This document shows positions 28,762-39,434 of a DNA stretch of 64,000 nt, in pieces. A program made the position numbers and the translations under genes. The stretch's first letter is position 1. Every line of letters begins with the position of its first letter. The notes below the pieces were generated by a model. It did not search any database and was not told the origin of the DNA. It saw nothing but the letters and a program-made list of their open reading frames with translations. The stretch is from an uncultured bacterium (GTDB taxonomy: Bacteria; Zixibacteria; MSB-5A5; UBA10806), in NCBI GenBank assembly GCA_965541585.1, contig CBEUCH010000001.1:256001-320000 (forward strand). The letters are read 5' to 3'.

Positions 28762-30015
28762 ATGGCAACCTTTTCGTACGTAGTCAAAGACACTAAAGGC
28801 AATAAACACGACGGGACATTAACGGCCAGTTCTCTCGACGAGGCTTTAAATAAGCTTCGGGAATCAGGGCAAACCGTTATCTCCGTAATCGATTCCAGAA
28901 AAGCGGAGGGCGGTAAGAAAAAAGGTCTGATAGATGAGATCTCCCTTTATATCCACAAGAAGCGAACAGCCGTGCCACTCAGGACACAGGTGTTTTTCAC
29001 CAGGCAGTTGGCCACGATGATCTCAGCAGGCCTGACTATAGAGAAGTCGTTGAATAACCTCCTATACGAAGAGTCCCAGAAGAGATTCAGAAAGGTCGTA
29101 GCCCAGCTCTTAAACGATGTCAAGAAGGGTTTCGCCCTGTCGGACGCTTTTGATAGGCATCCCGGCATCTTTTCGCCGCTATATGTTGCCCTGGTCAAGT
29201 CGGGGGAGGTTTCGGGGTCGCTTCATACAGTTCTGGAGGAGCTGGCCGATTATCTGGAGTTCATACAGGATACCAGGCGGAAGATAGTCTCCGCGCTGGT
29301 TTATCCATCGTTAGTTGTAGTGATGCTTGTAATTGTGACTACGATTCTCATGGTGTATGTCGTCCCACAATTCGAAAGCGTATATTCGAGGTTCGGGGCC
29401 AGTCTTCCGGTTCCTACCCAGATCTTGATAAAGGTATCGGATGTAATAGGCGCCAACTTTTTTGCTACGTTTATCGGATTGATCCTGCTGATGGTTCTTA
29501 TCAAGGTCGCGAGTCTTACGTTCACGGGCAGAAAGGTGATTGACAGGGTCAAGCTGAGTCTCCCGCTTTTCAAGCAGATCCTTACAAATTCAATGATGAG
29601 CAAATTCTGTCGCACTTTCGGGATGTTGCTGACCGCGGGCGTTCCGGTGGTCGATTCCTTGAACCTGGTGTACCGGGTCATGGACAACGTCCATTATAAG
29701 GCCGCCGTCAGACAGGCAACAGGGCTGATCAGAGACGGTTTCTCGATATCGGCGTCGTTGAAAAAGACCGGTGCTTTTCCTAATACCCTTCTCTCCCTCG
29801 TAGCCACGGGAGAGGAGACGGGGGATATGGATAAAATGCTCGGTAAAGCTGCAACATTCTATGATAAGCAGCTGGAGGCGGTGATAATCAGGATGACATC
29901 CCTGATAGAGCCGATCCTCATCGTACTGATCGGTATCGTGATCGGCACGATCATCATAGTTATCTATCTGCCGTTCTTCAAGATGGGGTCTGCATTCAGA
30001 AGGGGTCTGACTTAG
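28762..30015 (+). CDS. pilC: pilus platform protein PilC/GspF (copy 1)
   Basis: Motifs FTRQLATMISAG, GEVSGSL, ALVYP, GEETG and LIEP. Confidence 0.92.
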   Translation: MATFSYVVKDTKGNKHDGTLTASSLDEALNKLRESGQTVISVIDSRKAEGGKKKGLIDEISLYIHKKRTAVPLRTQVFFTRQLATMISAGLTIEKSLNNLLYEESQKRFRKVVAQLLNDVKKGFALSDAFDRHPGIFSPLYVALVKSGEVSGSLHTVLEELADYLEFIQDTRRKIVSALVYPSLVVVMLVIVTTILMVYVVPQFESVYSRFGASLPVPTQILIKVSDVIGANFFATFIGLILLMVLIKVASLTFTGRKVIDRVKLSLPLFKQILTNSMMSKFCRTFGMLLTAGVPVVDSLNLVYRVMDNVHYKAAVRQATGLIRDGFSISASLKKTGAFPNTLLSLVATGEETGDMDKMLGKAATFYDKQLEAVIIRMTSLIEPILIVLIGIVIGTIIIVIYLPFFKMGSAFRRGLT

Positions 30016-30035
30016 GGACATATTTTTTTTGACGG

Positions 30036-30071
30036 CCACCGTTTCACACCATAGAAACGGTGGTTTTTTTT
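30036..30071 (+). terminator. intrinsic terminator ending pilus cluster 1
   Basis: CCACCGTTTC-N8-GAAACGGTGG followed by a T8 run. Confidence 0.85.
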
Positions 30072-30084
30072 AAAGGGAATTGAG

Positions 30085-30819
30085 ATGCGGATTGATCCTG
30101 AACTGGCCTTAGATCTTCTGGGGAGTAAGAAATATGCAGTGATGAAGCGGATGATGGCCAGAGAGAGATTTTCAGAGCATTTGACGCTGGTGTCTTCCAT
30201 CGCCTCACTGCAAGCCTCTGGTGATAGGCAAAATCTAACAGCGATATTGGATCTGGCGATCACCGACGGCGATGATTTAATGATCGCCTATGAGTTGTTG
30301 TTGCAGGGATATCTTTTCTGCGGATTCCCTTCGGCCATAGAATCCTTTTTCTGCCTGGAACAAGCTCTAAGAGGAAAATACGGTCTCGATTTGAATGATA
30401 TTTCACCACGGCCACTCGAATCGTCAGCCATTATGCAGGAACTCGGAGCTATGACCGGAAGAGAAGTGCATGGGGACAGATTCGAAAGAATCGAGAATAA
30501 AATTAGTGCGCTCTGTCCCGATTTAGGCTATTTAATGATAACCGCGGGTTACGGGCATATCCTGTCCCGGAGAGGATTGGATATCAAGACCCGCGAACTG
30601 GCAGTGGTTTCATCGCTGACGGCTCTGGGAGCCTATCGCCAGCTGAACTCCCATATCAGGGGATGCAGAAACGTTGGATGCGAGGATTCTGAGATCTACG
30701 AGACAATATTCGCCTGTTTATTGTGGATCTCCCCGGAGCGGGTTGTTGATTCGCTCAAACTCTGGTCTAATATCACCGACGAAGAGCTTTCCGAATCCAT
30801 CGACTATTATATATATTAG
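30085..30819 (+). CDS. carboxymuconolactone decarboxylase/AhpD-like family protein
   Basis: Motifs LFCGFP, GYGHILSRRGLDIKTREL and QLNSHIRG. Confidence 0.75.
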   Translation: MRIDPELALDLLGSKKYAVMKRMMARERFSEHLTLVSSIASLQASGDRQNLTAILDLAITDGDDLMIAYELLLQGYLFCGFPSAIESFFCLEQALRGKYGLDLNDISPRPLESSAIMQELGAMTGREVHGDRFERIENKISALCPDLGYLMITAGYGHILSRRGLDIKTRELAVVSSLTALGAYRQLNSHIRGCRNVGCEDSEIYETIFACLLWISPERVVDSLKLWSNITDEELSESIDYYIY

Positions 30820-30834
30820 GACGTATAAAATCTT

Positions 30835-33800
30835 ATGAGGACAGTCCTGAAAATACCGGTCTATATTGTTGGCGTTGTATTGCTGTTTGTTTTAACCGCT
30901 GCATACCTGTTCTATTTCACCACGCTCCCGGAGATGGAACTGAATAACTGGATAGCCTTTACAGCCTCTCGCAAGAGCGGATTGAATGTCGGCTTCGAGC
31001 GGATAAACCGAGATCTCTGGAACCGTCTGACCCTGGAGGGGATCAGGATTTCGCCGGCTGCAGGCAATGGGGGCCCGTATGTGAGGATTGCGCGACTTGA
31101 ACTTGACTATGACCTGCTGAGATTACTCAAAGGTCATTATGTCTTCGATAGCCTTGCCCTAGATTCGGTTCTAATATCCTACCCGGACAGACCCGAAGGC
31201 GAAGAATCTCGCGGGGATAGTACTGGCTCCTTCTCGCTGCCCTTTTCAGCCTCGATAGATAAGATCCGGATCAATGATATTCAAGCAGTAATCCGGGACG
31301 GCGATATTATCTTTATCGACTCGCTGATTTTTTCTGCCTCCAGCGAAGAAAATGTCTCAGAATTGGAAATACATAGCGTCGCCGCCCGCTGGCCCGGCAG
31401 GGAATTTGAAATCAAATCTATAACCGGTAAGCTCTCCACGACCACTGACGGGTTCTATCTGGACAATATAGACGTGGTCACGGGCGGATCGAACCTATCT
31501 CTAAACGGTCACATCGACTCCTCATTTAAGAGTGGCATGGATCTCACATTTGATTTTGCGCCTATCGATCTTGATGAAATCAAAAGGCTTACTGGTGTAA
31601 AGATCAAAGGGATGTTGACCGCAAGCGGTACGATCCGGAACGCTATAGGTGATTTTGGCGGCGAAACAGTGGTAACCGGAATTTTCATGGGTAAACCGTT
31701 TGACGATGTAAGCCTGTCATATCGCTTCAGTAATAAGAGATTATCATTTTCGTCTATTAATGGAGATGTTTTCCAGGCTGGTTTTGCGGGAGCCGGGGAG
31801 ATTGACTTCAGCTCAAAACCGGAGAAGTACAAATATAATGGCAGAGTCGAGCATCTGAATCTTCAGGAGATCGCCCCTGATATCAGGACTGATTTTACAG
31901 GCAACATTGAGTTAAGCGGCCAGGGTTTCGACAAGGCTCAATTCATGATGCTGATAGGCTGTAATCTTGACTCTGTTAGAATAGAGGACTACTTTTTTCA
32001 TAAGGTTACCGGTGAGGTGAAGTTTGATCTAATGAAAATAGATTTTCTACCGGGCTTCGAGGCAAGGTACAAAAATACAATTCTGAGCGCTGCCGGCGGA
32101 ATGGAATACGAAGGGGACATCGATATTATCGGAAACGCCGATTTTGGTGACCTGACCGATTTTACGAATCAGATTTTTTTGAGAAAACTGGGAGGCAGGG
32201 GCTCGGCCGGATTCCATCTGACCGGTCCCACTCAGGATTTCACAATCGATGCCTTTTTTGATTCGGATTCATGCTGGACGTACGGCCTTGTACCCGGAGA
32301 GATTCATATTCTTGCAGATTTGAGATCATTTATCAGTCACCGTGTAGGAACGGTTTCCGGCGAGTGGACGGGCGGAGAATTGTATTCGGTGCCGATAGAC
32401 TCCGGTCATTTTGAAACCAGCGTCTCAGGCGAAAGAGCATTTCTGGATACGGTTTATGTGGCGGGATTGGACGGCGGATTATGGCTGAAAGGCAGCTATG
32501 ACGGTACGCAGATGCCCCCGACTTTCGAAGTCGATACACTGCAGGCCGAGATCTATGGAAACAGATTCTCGTCGATCGCCCCGATAAAAGTGAGTATCTA
32601 TGACAGGGAGACCCAGTTTGATGATTTCAGGCTGGGATACGAGACCGGCATAATCGAACTTAAGGGAATGGTAACCAATGATCTGGAATTGGGGCTTGAT
32701 GTCCACGCTGAAGGATTCCAGATTCAGCCGATATTATCCCAGATCTATCCGGAAAGGGAAATCAGAGGGATCTGGAATGGGTCCGCGCGATTGAAAGGTG
32801 ATTTCGAAAATCCGCTTATTGAATTCGATGTCGAGATCGATAGCTTCTCTATAGACAAAGTAAACATGGGGAGACTCGAAGCATTAGCCAGCTATTCCGA
32901 TGGCTATCTCTTGACGGAATCGGCCAGCCTGGCCTCGAAGCATGGTAACCTTGTCTTATCCGGGCGGCTGCCCATGAATCTTTCATTCGAGGAAGTCGAC
33001 GAACGGTTCCCCGATAACCCTTTAGATTTCCGCATAAGTACATCGGGAACCCGGCTTTTGTTAGCCGAAGCTTTTATATCGAATATTGAACGTTTTGATA
33101 CAGATTTCTTCTTTGAGATTAACTTATCAGGTTCGTACGGCAGTCCCGCCATAGCTGGACATGGAAACCTGACAGATGGGATTCTAAAAGTACTGGATCT
33201 TGTAAACCCCCTTACGGATATTAAAGCCCATCTTCGAATGGAAGATGAAACCGTATATATTGACAGTGCTTTTGCCACCGTGGAAAAGCTGCCGCAAAAG
33301 AAGGGCGCTAAAGAAAAACCGCCGATCACAGTTTCGGGTACTCTAAAGTTGTTGGGATTGGGAGATTTTCTTTATGATCTTGATATGGATGGAGAGAGTG
33401 CTTATTTCATCGCGGACGCTTATGATGTCAGCGGACTGGCGGATTTCGACCTGAAGGTTGAGGGGGAGACCCCTCCGACTGTCAGCGGCGATATGTTTCT
33501 CGGAAGACTTGATATTCGCGATGAGTTCGAGAACTTTGCCGGCCCCGATTATGACCCGGCGTTTTCGACCGTGGAGGATTCCACGATCTGGGATCTCGAC
33601 CTGAACATCGTGGCGCCGAACAATATCTGGATCAAAAACAGTGTGATCGACGCCGAATTTAAGGCCGATATCCGCGTCCAGAGAAAGCTCGGCATATTAA
33701 GATTCCTCGGGACTCTGGAGGTAATTAGAGGATCTTATAACCTCATGGGCCAGAAATTCCGGTTTGTCTCCGGCAACCTGACCTACCAGGATCTGGCGAC

Positions 33801-34305
33801 GGTTGATCCCGATATCGATTTCGTTGTCAGCACACGGATTAGAGCATCCGGGGCGGAGGCCGAGGGACCTCAAACCGTGGAATTACATATTACAGGCACG
33901 CTCCTGGAGCCGACTATAAGTTCCTCCGGGCTATCGAAGGAGGAACTCTTGAGGACTTTGCTTGCCGGAAGTTGGGCAGGTGGGACCATATCCGAAGGAG
34001 GGTCTGCTCAAGATATTGTAGGCAGCGTTACTGCTATCGCGTCATCCATGGGTTTAGACCCGCTGACGGCTCAAGGCATTTTTGAAGAATTCGAGATCGG
34101 GCAGTTTGAGAAGGAGACGCAAATATCGGTTGCAAAATATATCTCTCGTAATTTATATGTTCGATATTCCAGAGGGCTGAGCAGGGATGAGCTCGGTGTG
34201 GAATATTACTTCAATGACAGCATTTCATTCAGGGCCATTCAAGAGTGGGTAGATTCTAAAGATGAGGACATCTCGTTCGACCTTAATCTCAATTTCGAAT
34301 TTTAG
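30835..34305 (+). CDS. tamB: translocation and assembly module TamB
   Basis: 1156-aa beta-rich protein with an N-terminal TM and TamB C-terminus (LHITGTLLEP, VAKYISRNLYVRY, LGVEYY). Confidence 0.8.
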   Translation: MRTVLKIPVYIVGVVLLFVLTAAYLFYFTTLPEMELNNWIAFTASRKSGLNVGFERINRDLWNRLTLEGIRISPAAGNGGPYVRIARLELDYDLLRLLKGHYVFDSLALDSVLISYPDRPEGEESRGDSTGSFSLPFSASIDKIRINDIQAVIRDGDIIFIDSLIFSASSEENVSELEIHSVAARWPGREFEIKSITGKLSTTTDGFYLDNIDVVTGGSNLSLNGHIDSSFKSGMDLTFDFAPIDLDEIKRLTGVKIKGMLTASGTIRNAIGDFGGETVVTGIFMGKPFDDVSLSYRFSNKRLSFSSINGDVFQAGFAGAGEIDFSSKPEKYKYNGRVEHLNLQEIAPDIRTDFTGNIELSGQGFDKAQFMMLIGCNLDSVRIEDYFFHKVTGEVKFDLMKIDFLPGFEARYKNTILSAAGGMEYEGDIDIIGNADFGDLTDFTNQIFLRKLGGRGSAGFHLTGPTQDFTIDAFFDSDSCWTYGLVPGEIHILADLRSFISHRVGTVSGEWTGGELYSVPIDSGHFETSVSGERAFLDTVYVAGLDGGLWLKGSYDGTQMPPTFEVDTLQAEIYGNRFSSIAPIKVSIYDRETQFDDFRLGYETGIIELKGMVTNDLELGLDVHAEGFQIQPILSQIYPEREIRGIWNGSARLKGDFENPLIEFDVEIDSFSIDKVNMGRLEALASYSDGYLLTESASLASKHGNLVLSGRLPMNLSFEEVDERFPDNPLDFRISTSGTRLLLAEAFISNIERFDTDFFFEINLSGSYGSPAIAGHGNLTDGILKVLDLVNPLTDIKAHLRMEDETVYIDSAFATVEKLPQKKGAKEKPPITVSGTLKLLGLGDFLYDLDMDGESAYFIADAYDVSGLADFDLKVEGETPPTVSGDMFLGRLDIRDEFENFAGPDYDPAFSTVEDSTIWDLDLNIVAPNNIWIKNSVIDAEFKADIRVQRKLGILRFLGTLEVIRGSYNLMGQKFRFVSGNLTYQDLATVDPDIDFVVSTRIRASGAEAEGPQTVELHITGTLLEPTISSSGLSKEELLRTLLAGSWAGGTISEGGSAQDIVGSVTAIASSMGLDPLTAQGIFEEFEIGQFEKETQISVAKYISRNLYVRYSRGLSRDELGVEYYFNDSISFRAIQEWVDSKDEDISFDLNLNFEF

Positions 34306-36241
34306 TCTCTTTTTCATCCTGCTTCTAACCTTTTCCGCTGCCGGACAGGATGACTCACCCTCCTCCAGGGCAAGTGAGGTCAGGCGGCAGGTGGTTAAAA
34401 AGGTCGAATTGCAGGGTGTGAGATCATTCCCTCCGTCAGAGATTGAGGGACTTCTGTTCACTAAACCGAATCACTGGTATAATTTCTTAAAGAAAAGTCG
34501 GTTGTCGAGATCAAATGTCATATACGATGAAAGGACCATCGAGCGTTTTTACAAGAGGCGAGGCTTTCTTTCTGCCTCGGCCGGCAATTCCGTCATGATT
34601 AATGAGGACGACAAAGCCACCGTTACATTTAATGTGGAAGAGGGTATCAGGACCTATCTCTCCAGTCTCGTCATCGAGGGTGGTATTGAAAAAATAAATA
34701 CCAATTTCAATAAAACCCTCTGGCAATTCAAAATGGGGGAGCCGGTAAATGCCAGTCAGGTGCTTTCCGGAAGTTTCATATTAAGAGATATTTATCATGA
34801 CAATGGTTATCCTTACGCAAAAATCACCAGCCGGTATGATTTCAACAACGACAGCACTGAAACCTTCATCAGATATGTTGTTGCAGAATCGGTTTACACT
34901 GTTAATGGTGAAACCACGATCGAGAAAGATGGAATTACAAATCTTAATGTTATTTTGAGGGAACTTAAAATCAAAGTCAGTGAGGAATACAAGCGTGAAG
35001 ATATCATCGAATCAGAAAGAAGGCTTTACTCCACGGGGCTATTTAAGTATATGGCCATCAGTCGGGACGATTCTACTTTTCAGATGAATGAAAACTCTCC
35101 GGCCAGGGTCGGCTTCTCTTTGAACTTTGAAGAAAGAAAGCCGTTTTTTGTAAATCTGGGGCTTGGTATAGGTCGCGAGGAGGATTTCGAAATGGTACTT
35201 CGAGGTTCGGCGCGATTCGGAAACAGGAATCTCATGGGCACGGGCCGGAAATTGTATCTGGGTTTTGAACCGCGTTTCCAGATCTTCGATCCGGATACCA
35301 CACGAACATCTAACCTGTTAGATTTCATGAAAAAACTAAAGTTTATTAAGCCCATCAGGACATCGATTGAATTAAATTATGTTGAGCCCTGGTTTCTTAA
35401 CCAGCGGATACCTATGTCAGTCAGGTTGATTTATGAGCCCGATACGTTCAATCCCACTCTCGAGAAAAGATACGACCGAGCGGGTGCGGAATTGCGCTTC
35501 GCCTACGAATTGGATCATTTTACCACGGCTCGCCTGACAGGGGCCGCCGAATATGTAAACTTCAGGGATATTCCAGAGGAACAGCAGGAGGTCTACAGGG
35601 CCGAGGGTGATAATCAGATCAGAAGAAAAATCAAGATCTACGGGGAGAGAGATACCAGAGACAATCTTTTCCTCCCCCAGCACGGCTCTTATTCGTTTGT
35701 TGGAGTCGAATACGTGGGAGGTGTCCTGGGAGGGGATTTTGGGTACCGCAAGGTTCAGTTTTCATGGAGCCGATATCAAATGCTCGTCGGACAGAATATT
35801 GTGGCCTCAAGGATATCAGTAGGCTTGCTTGACGATATGGGGGAAAATGACAGGTCAAGTGTAGACGATAGATTTCTTATCGGCGGCGGGACCACCATAA
35901 GAGGCTATGCGGAAAACAACCTCGGGCCAATTTTCACCGAGGCCGATGATGCGGGCGATCTGGTGGAAAAACCCAAGGGTGGTCGATATCTTCTTATGGG
36001 TAACATAGAGATTCGCCGTCCTCTGTTCTGGAGGTTCGGGGGCACCGTTTTCGTCGATGCCGGCAATACATATTTCAATTTTGATGACATTACTCCGCAT
36101 TCAGTGGCTTTTACTTCCGGCCTGGGGCTACAATTCTTCACCCCGATCGGCCCGATCAGGTTTGATTACGGCGTACGTATGAAAAAGGATTTCGATCTGG
36201 CTGCAGGAAGCTACCATCTTTCAATATTATATGCTTTCTAA
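34262..36241 (+). CDS. tamA: Omp85-family protein with POTRA domains (TamA-like)
   Basis: POTRA motifs (FYKRRGF, YHDNGYPYA, LYSTGLF), TIRGY, FVDAGN, TPIGPIRFDYG and terminal YAF. Start codon uncertain. Confidence 0.85.
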   Translation: MRTSRSTLISISNFSLFFILLLTFSAAGQDDSPSSRASEVRRQVVKKVELQGVRSFPPSEIEGLLFTKPNHWYNFLKKSRLSRSNVIYDERTIERFYKRRGFLSASAGNSVMINEDDKATVTFNVEEGIRTYLSSLVIEGGIEKINTNFNKTLWQFKMGEPVNASQVLSGSFILRDIYHDNGYPYAKITSRYDFNNDSTETFIRYVVAESVYTVNGETTIEKDGITNLNVILRELKIKVSEEYKREDIIESERRLYSTGLFKYMAISRDDSTFQMNENSPARVGFSLNFEERKPFFVNLGLGIGREEDFEMVLRGSARFGNRNLMGTGRKLYLGFEPRFQIFDPDTTRTSNLLDFMKKLKFIKPIRTSIELNYVEPWFLNQRIPMSVRLIYEPDTFNPTLEKRYDRAGAELRFAYELDHFTTARLTGAAEYVNFRDIPEEQQEVYRAEGDNQIRRKIKIYGERDTRDNLFLPQHGSYSFVGVEYVGGVLGGDFGYRKVQFSWSRYQMLVGQNIVASRISVGLLDDMGENDRSSVDDRFLIGGGTTIRGYAENNLGPIFTEADDAGDLVEKPKGGRYLLMGNIEIRRPLFWRFGGTVFVDAGNTYFNFDDITPHSVAFTSGLGLQFFTPIGPIRFDYGVRMKKDFDLAAGSYHLSILYAF

Positions 36242-36974
36242 AAGACCGAAAATAGGTATCACACTCTCGGAGGCGGAGGATGGCGATGCTAACCGCTGGC
36301 CTTTAAGGAGGGGATTCGATTATATCAAGCGGCAATATTATGAGGCCATCCTGAAATCAGGCGGTATTCCGATCCTGCTGGCTAATGTCGAGCAGCGTTA
36401 TGCGATCAAATCCCTTATGGAATCGGTAGACGGGCTTCTGGTTACCGGGGGACCGGACCTGCACCCCAGACACTTCGATCAAAAACCGCACAAAAAGCTT
36501 TCCCGGACGACCGAAGCGCGCGATCGATTTGAACTGGAGGCCATAAGAATAGCATTGAAAAGGAATCTACCTGTTTTAGGTATTTGCCGGGGCCATCAAA
36601 TTTTGAATGTCGCATTCGGAGGGACGCTTTATCAGGACCTCTCATGTATCCCCTCGAGAACTATCGTCCACGCCGATCCGCGTCAGACCGGAAGGATATT
36701 CCATAAAGTGAAAATCGAAGAGGGGAGTAGATTGTATGACATCATCGGCCGGACGGTTATCGAGGTCAATTCCAGCCATCATCAGGCAATAGACAAACTG
36801 GGTAACGGGCTGCGTGCGAATGCCATCGCGCCTGACGGTGTAATCGAGGGGATAGAGCATCAGGGTTTTCGTTTAGTTTTGGGCATCCAATGGCACCCGG
36901 AGAGCATTTATGGAAGGATGCACAGCAAGAGGCTATTTAGCGCTTTTATAACAGAAGCCGCCACAGGGAGTTAG
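36231..36974 (+). CDS. peptidase C26 / gamma-glutamyl-GABA hydrolase-like glutamine amidotransferase
   Basis: Motifs GLLVTGG, LGICRGHQ, VNSSHHQA and GIQWHPE. Confidence 0.9.
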   Translation: MLSKRPKIGITLSEAEDGDANRWPLRRGFDYIKRQYYEAILKSGGIPILLANVEQRYAIKSLMESVDGLLVTGGPDLHPRHFDQKPHKKLSRTTEARDRFELEAIRIALKRNLPVLGICRGHQILNVAFGGTLYQDLSCIPSRTIVHADPRQTGRIFHKVKIEEGSRLYDIIGRTVIEVNSSHHQAIDKLGNGLRANAIAPDGVIEGIEHQGFRLVLGIQWHPESIYGRMHSKRLFSAFITEAATGS

Positions 36975-36989
36975 CACTCCCGGTTGATA

Positions 36990-37018
36990 TTGACATACTC
37001 TCCTGCCAAACCTATATT
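36990..37018 (+). promoter_or_regulatory. sigma70 promoter upstream of the cysteine desulfurase
   Basis: TTGACA-N17-TATATT. Confidence 0.7.
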
Positions 37019-37045
37019 GCCTGTAGAGCAAAAAAGGAATTTCAG

Positions 37046-38215
37046 ATGAGAACCGTCTACCTTGATCACAACGCCACGACCCCTGTTCATCCTGAGGTCT
37101 TCGAGGCAATGAAGCCGTATTTCACGGAGGTATACGGGAATGCCAGCTCGATTCATCAGAGCGGACGTGAGGCAAAGGCGGCTCTGGAGGAGGTCAGGCA
37201 GACCATAGCCGATCTTCTCGGCTGCAAACCATCGGAACTCTATTTCACCTCCGGCGGTACCGAATCCGACAATTTTGCAATCAAGGGCGTTGCCTATGCC
37301 AATAGAGCTAAGGGAAAACATATAATTAGCTCGCCTATCGAGCATCATGCGGTAGTCGCGTCATGCGAATTCCTGGAGAAGGAGGGGTTCGAGGTATCCT
37401 ATTTGCCGGTCGATTCCGAGGGCTTCGTCGATCCGGATGAATTGAAAAGGACTATCCGCCGGGATACAATACTGGTGACAATTATGCATGCCAATAACGA
37501 AACCGGCGTGATACAGGACCTGAAGGCATTAGCCTTAGTTGCGAGAGATGCGGGCGCATATTTTCACACTGATTCAGTTCAGGCGACGGGGAAGATTCCA
37601 TATAAAATAAATGACCATGGCAGCGATCTACTCTCAATATCCTCCCATAAATTATACGGTCCTAAAGGAGCAGGATTAATCTACATAAAATCGGGGACGA
37701 AGATTCAGCCCTGGAATGAGGGCGGCGGGCATGAGCGAGGACGCCGTGCCGGAACAGAAAATGTTGCCGGGGCAATTGGCTTGGCCAAAGCCTTAGAGAT
37801 TGCAGCCCGGGATATGGATACTGAAACGAAGAAGATGATTTCCATGACCACCCGGTTTTACGAATTGGTGAAGGAGAGAATCCCCGATATCAGGCTCAAT
37901 GGCAGTTTCCGGCGACGAGTCCCCAATACTCTGAATATCTCGTTCCGGGCGGTCGAGGGAGAAGCCATAGTGCTCAGCCTCGATCTCAAAGGCATTATGG
38001 TATCATCCGGCTCCGCGTGCACGTCCGGCGCCACAGAGCCCTCGCATGTTCTGGAGGCTATGGGGGTACCGCCGGAGATGGGGCAGAGTTCGATTCGCTT
38101 TTCGTTCGGCAGAGGAAATAAAGAAGATGATGTGGAATATGTCGTGGATATACTCGCCTCTGAGGTTGGACGTCTTAGAGATATTTCACCTTTATACGCT
38201 CAATCGAAAAAATAG
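37046..38215 (+). CDS. iscS: cysteine desulfurase (IscS/NifS type)
   Basis: Motifs YLDHNATT, FTSGGTESDN, SSHKLYGPKG and SSGSACTSG. Confidence 0.93.
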   Translation: MRTVYLDHNATTPVHPEVFEAMKPYFTEVYGNASSIHQSGREAKAALEEVRQTIADLLGCKPSELYFTSGGTESDNFAIKGVAYANRAKGKHIISSPIEHHAVVASCEFLEKEGFEVSYLPVDSEGFVDPDELKRTIRRDTILVTIMHANNETGVIQDLKALALVARDAGAYFHTDSVQATGKIPYKINDHGSDLLSISSHKLYGPKGAGLIYIKSGTKIQPWNEGGGHERGRRAGTENVAGAIGLAKALEIAARDMDTETKKMISMTTRFYELVKERIPDIRLNGSFRRRVPNTLNISFRAVEGEAIVLSLDLKGIMVSSGSACTSGATEPSHVLEAMGVPPEMGQSSIRFSFGRGNKEDDVEYVVDILASEVGRLRDISPLYAQSKK

Positions 38216-38238
38216 AATGGGCGAGATTCGTTAAAGGA

Positions 38239-38263
38239 GCCCCGGAGCTCCGGGGCCTTTTTT
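38239..38263 (+). terminator. terminator-like hairpin between iscS and mnmA
   Basis: GCCCCGGA-GC-TCCGGGGC followed by CTTTTTT. Confidence 0.55.
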
Positions 38264-38266
38264 GTA

Positions 38267-39355
38267 ATGGATAAGAAAAAAGTCCTGATAGGTTTATCCG
38301 GGGGCGTCGACAGCTCCGCTGCGGCTGCTTTGCTTGTCGAACAGGGGTATGATGTTATCGGAGTTACTCTGAAACTCTATGATTATGCTGAACTCGGTTT
38401 TGATCCTCCCGATGGCGGCTGTTGCTCTATAGATTTGATCGATGACGCTCGAAATGCCTGCTCTCGACTCAATATAGCTCACTATGTACTGGATCTGAGG
38501 GATTCTTTTCAAAAAAATGTAATCGACGATTTCATTGAATCATACAGCCGCGGGCAAACTCCCAATCCCTGCGTTAACTGCAATACATATATCAAGTGGG
38601 GGGAGATGCTCAAAACGGCCGATAAACTCGGATGCCAGTATATTGCTACGGGGCATTACGCCCGGATTGATCGTTCCTTTAAGATCCCGCGCATGCTAAG
38701 AGGATCAGATAAATCCAGGGACCAATCTTATGCCTTATGGGGGATCCCTCGTGAAACCCTGGCGCGCACGTTATTTCCGCTCGGAGGACTCTCAAAGAGC
38801 GAGACGAGGGAAATAGCAAAGCGCAATAATTTCCGCAACGCGGATCGCCCCGACAGTCAGGAAATTTGCTTCGTCCCCGCCGGCGATTATTCTCATGTAA
38901 TCCGCCGGAGATTCGGTAATGACGATAGGTCGTTAAGGCCCGGCCCCATTTACGATAGCGAAGGTAAGGTTGTCGGAGAGCATAAGGGTTACGCCAATTA
39001 TACGATCGGTCAGCGGCGGGGGCTGGGCATATCTTTTCCATCGCCTCATTATGTCACCGGGATCAATCCGGATGAAGGGAGTATTACGGTTGGTATCGAG
39101 GAGCGCTTGCTTGCAGGACATTTTACGATTGTGGGAGTGAATCTCCTGGTATCAGATGACGCGATACCGGGGAAAGTCGATGTGAAAATAAGATATCTTC
39201 ACCAAGCACATGCCGCCACCGTGAGGCTGGAGGGCGGTATGGGAGAGGTGATCTTCGATAGGCCGCAAAGAGCCATTACGCCCGGCCAGTCGGCAGTGTT
39301 CTACGACGACGATCTTGTGATAGGGGGCGGGATTATAGACAGAATCCTCGCTTGA
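38267..39355 (+). CDS. mnmA: tRNA 2-thiouridine(34) synthase
   Basis: Motifs SGGVDS, TPNPCVNCN, ATGHYAR, DQSY, DSQEICF, YTIGQRRG and TPGQSAVFY. Confidence 0.96.
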   Translation: MDKKKVLIGLSGGVDSSAAAALLVEQGYDVIGVTLKLYDYAELGFDPPDGGCCSIDLIDDARNACSRLNIAHYVLDLRDSFQKNVIDDFIESYSRGQTPNPCVNCNTYIKWGEMLKTADKLGCQYIATGHYARIDRSFKIPRMLRGSDKSRDQSYALWGIPRETLARTLFPLGGLSKSETREIAKRNNFRNADRPDSQEICFVPAGDYSHVIRRRFGNDDRSLRPGPIYDSEGKVVGEHKGYANYTIGQRRGLGISFPSPHYVTGINPDEGSITVGIEERLLAGHFTIVGVNLLVSDDAIPGKVDVKIRYLHQAHAATVRLEGGMGEVIFDRPQRAITPGQSAVFYDDDLVIGGGIIDRILA

Positions 39356-39434
39356 ATGTCTGCAATCCGGATAATTGGGTTGACACAAAGACATAGTCGC
39401 GATAAATTCATATCGAAGACAGGGAGGATATAAT

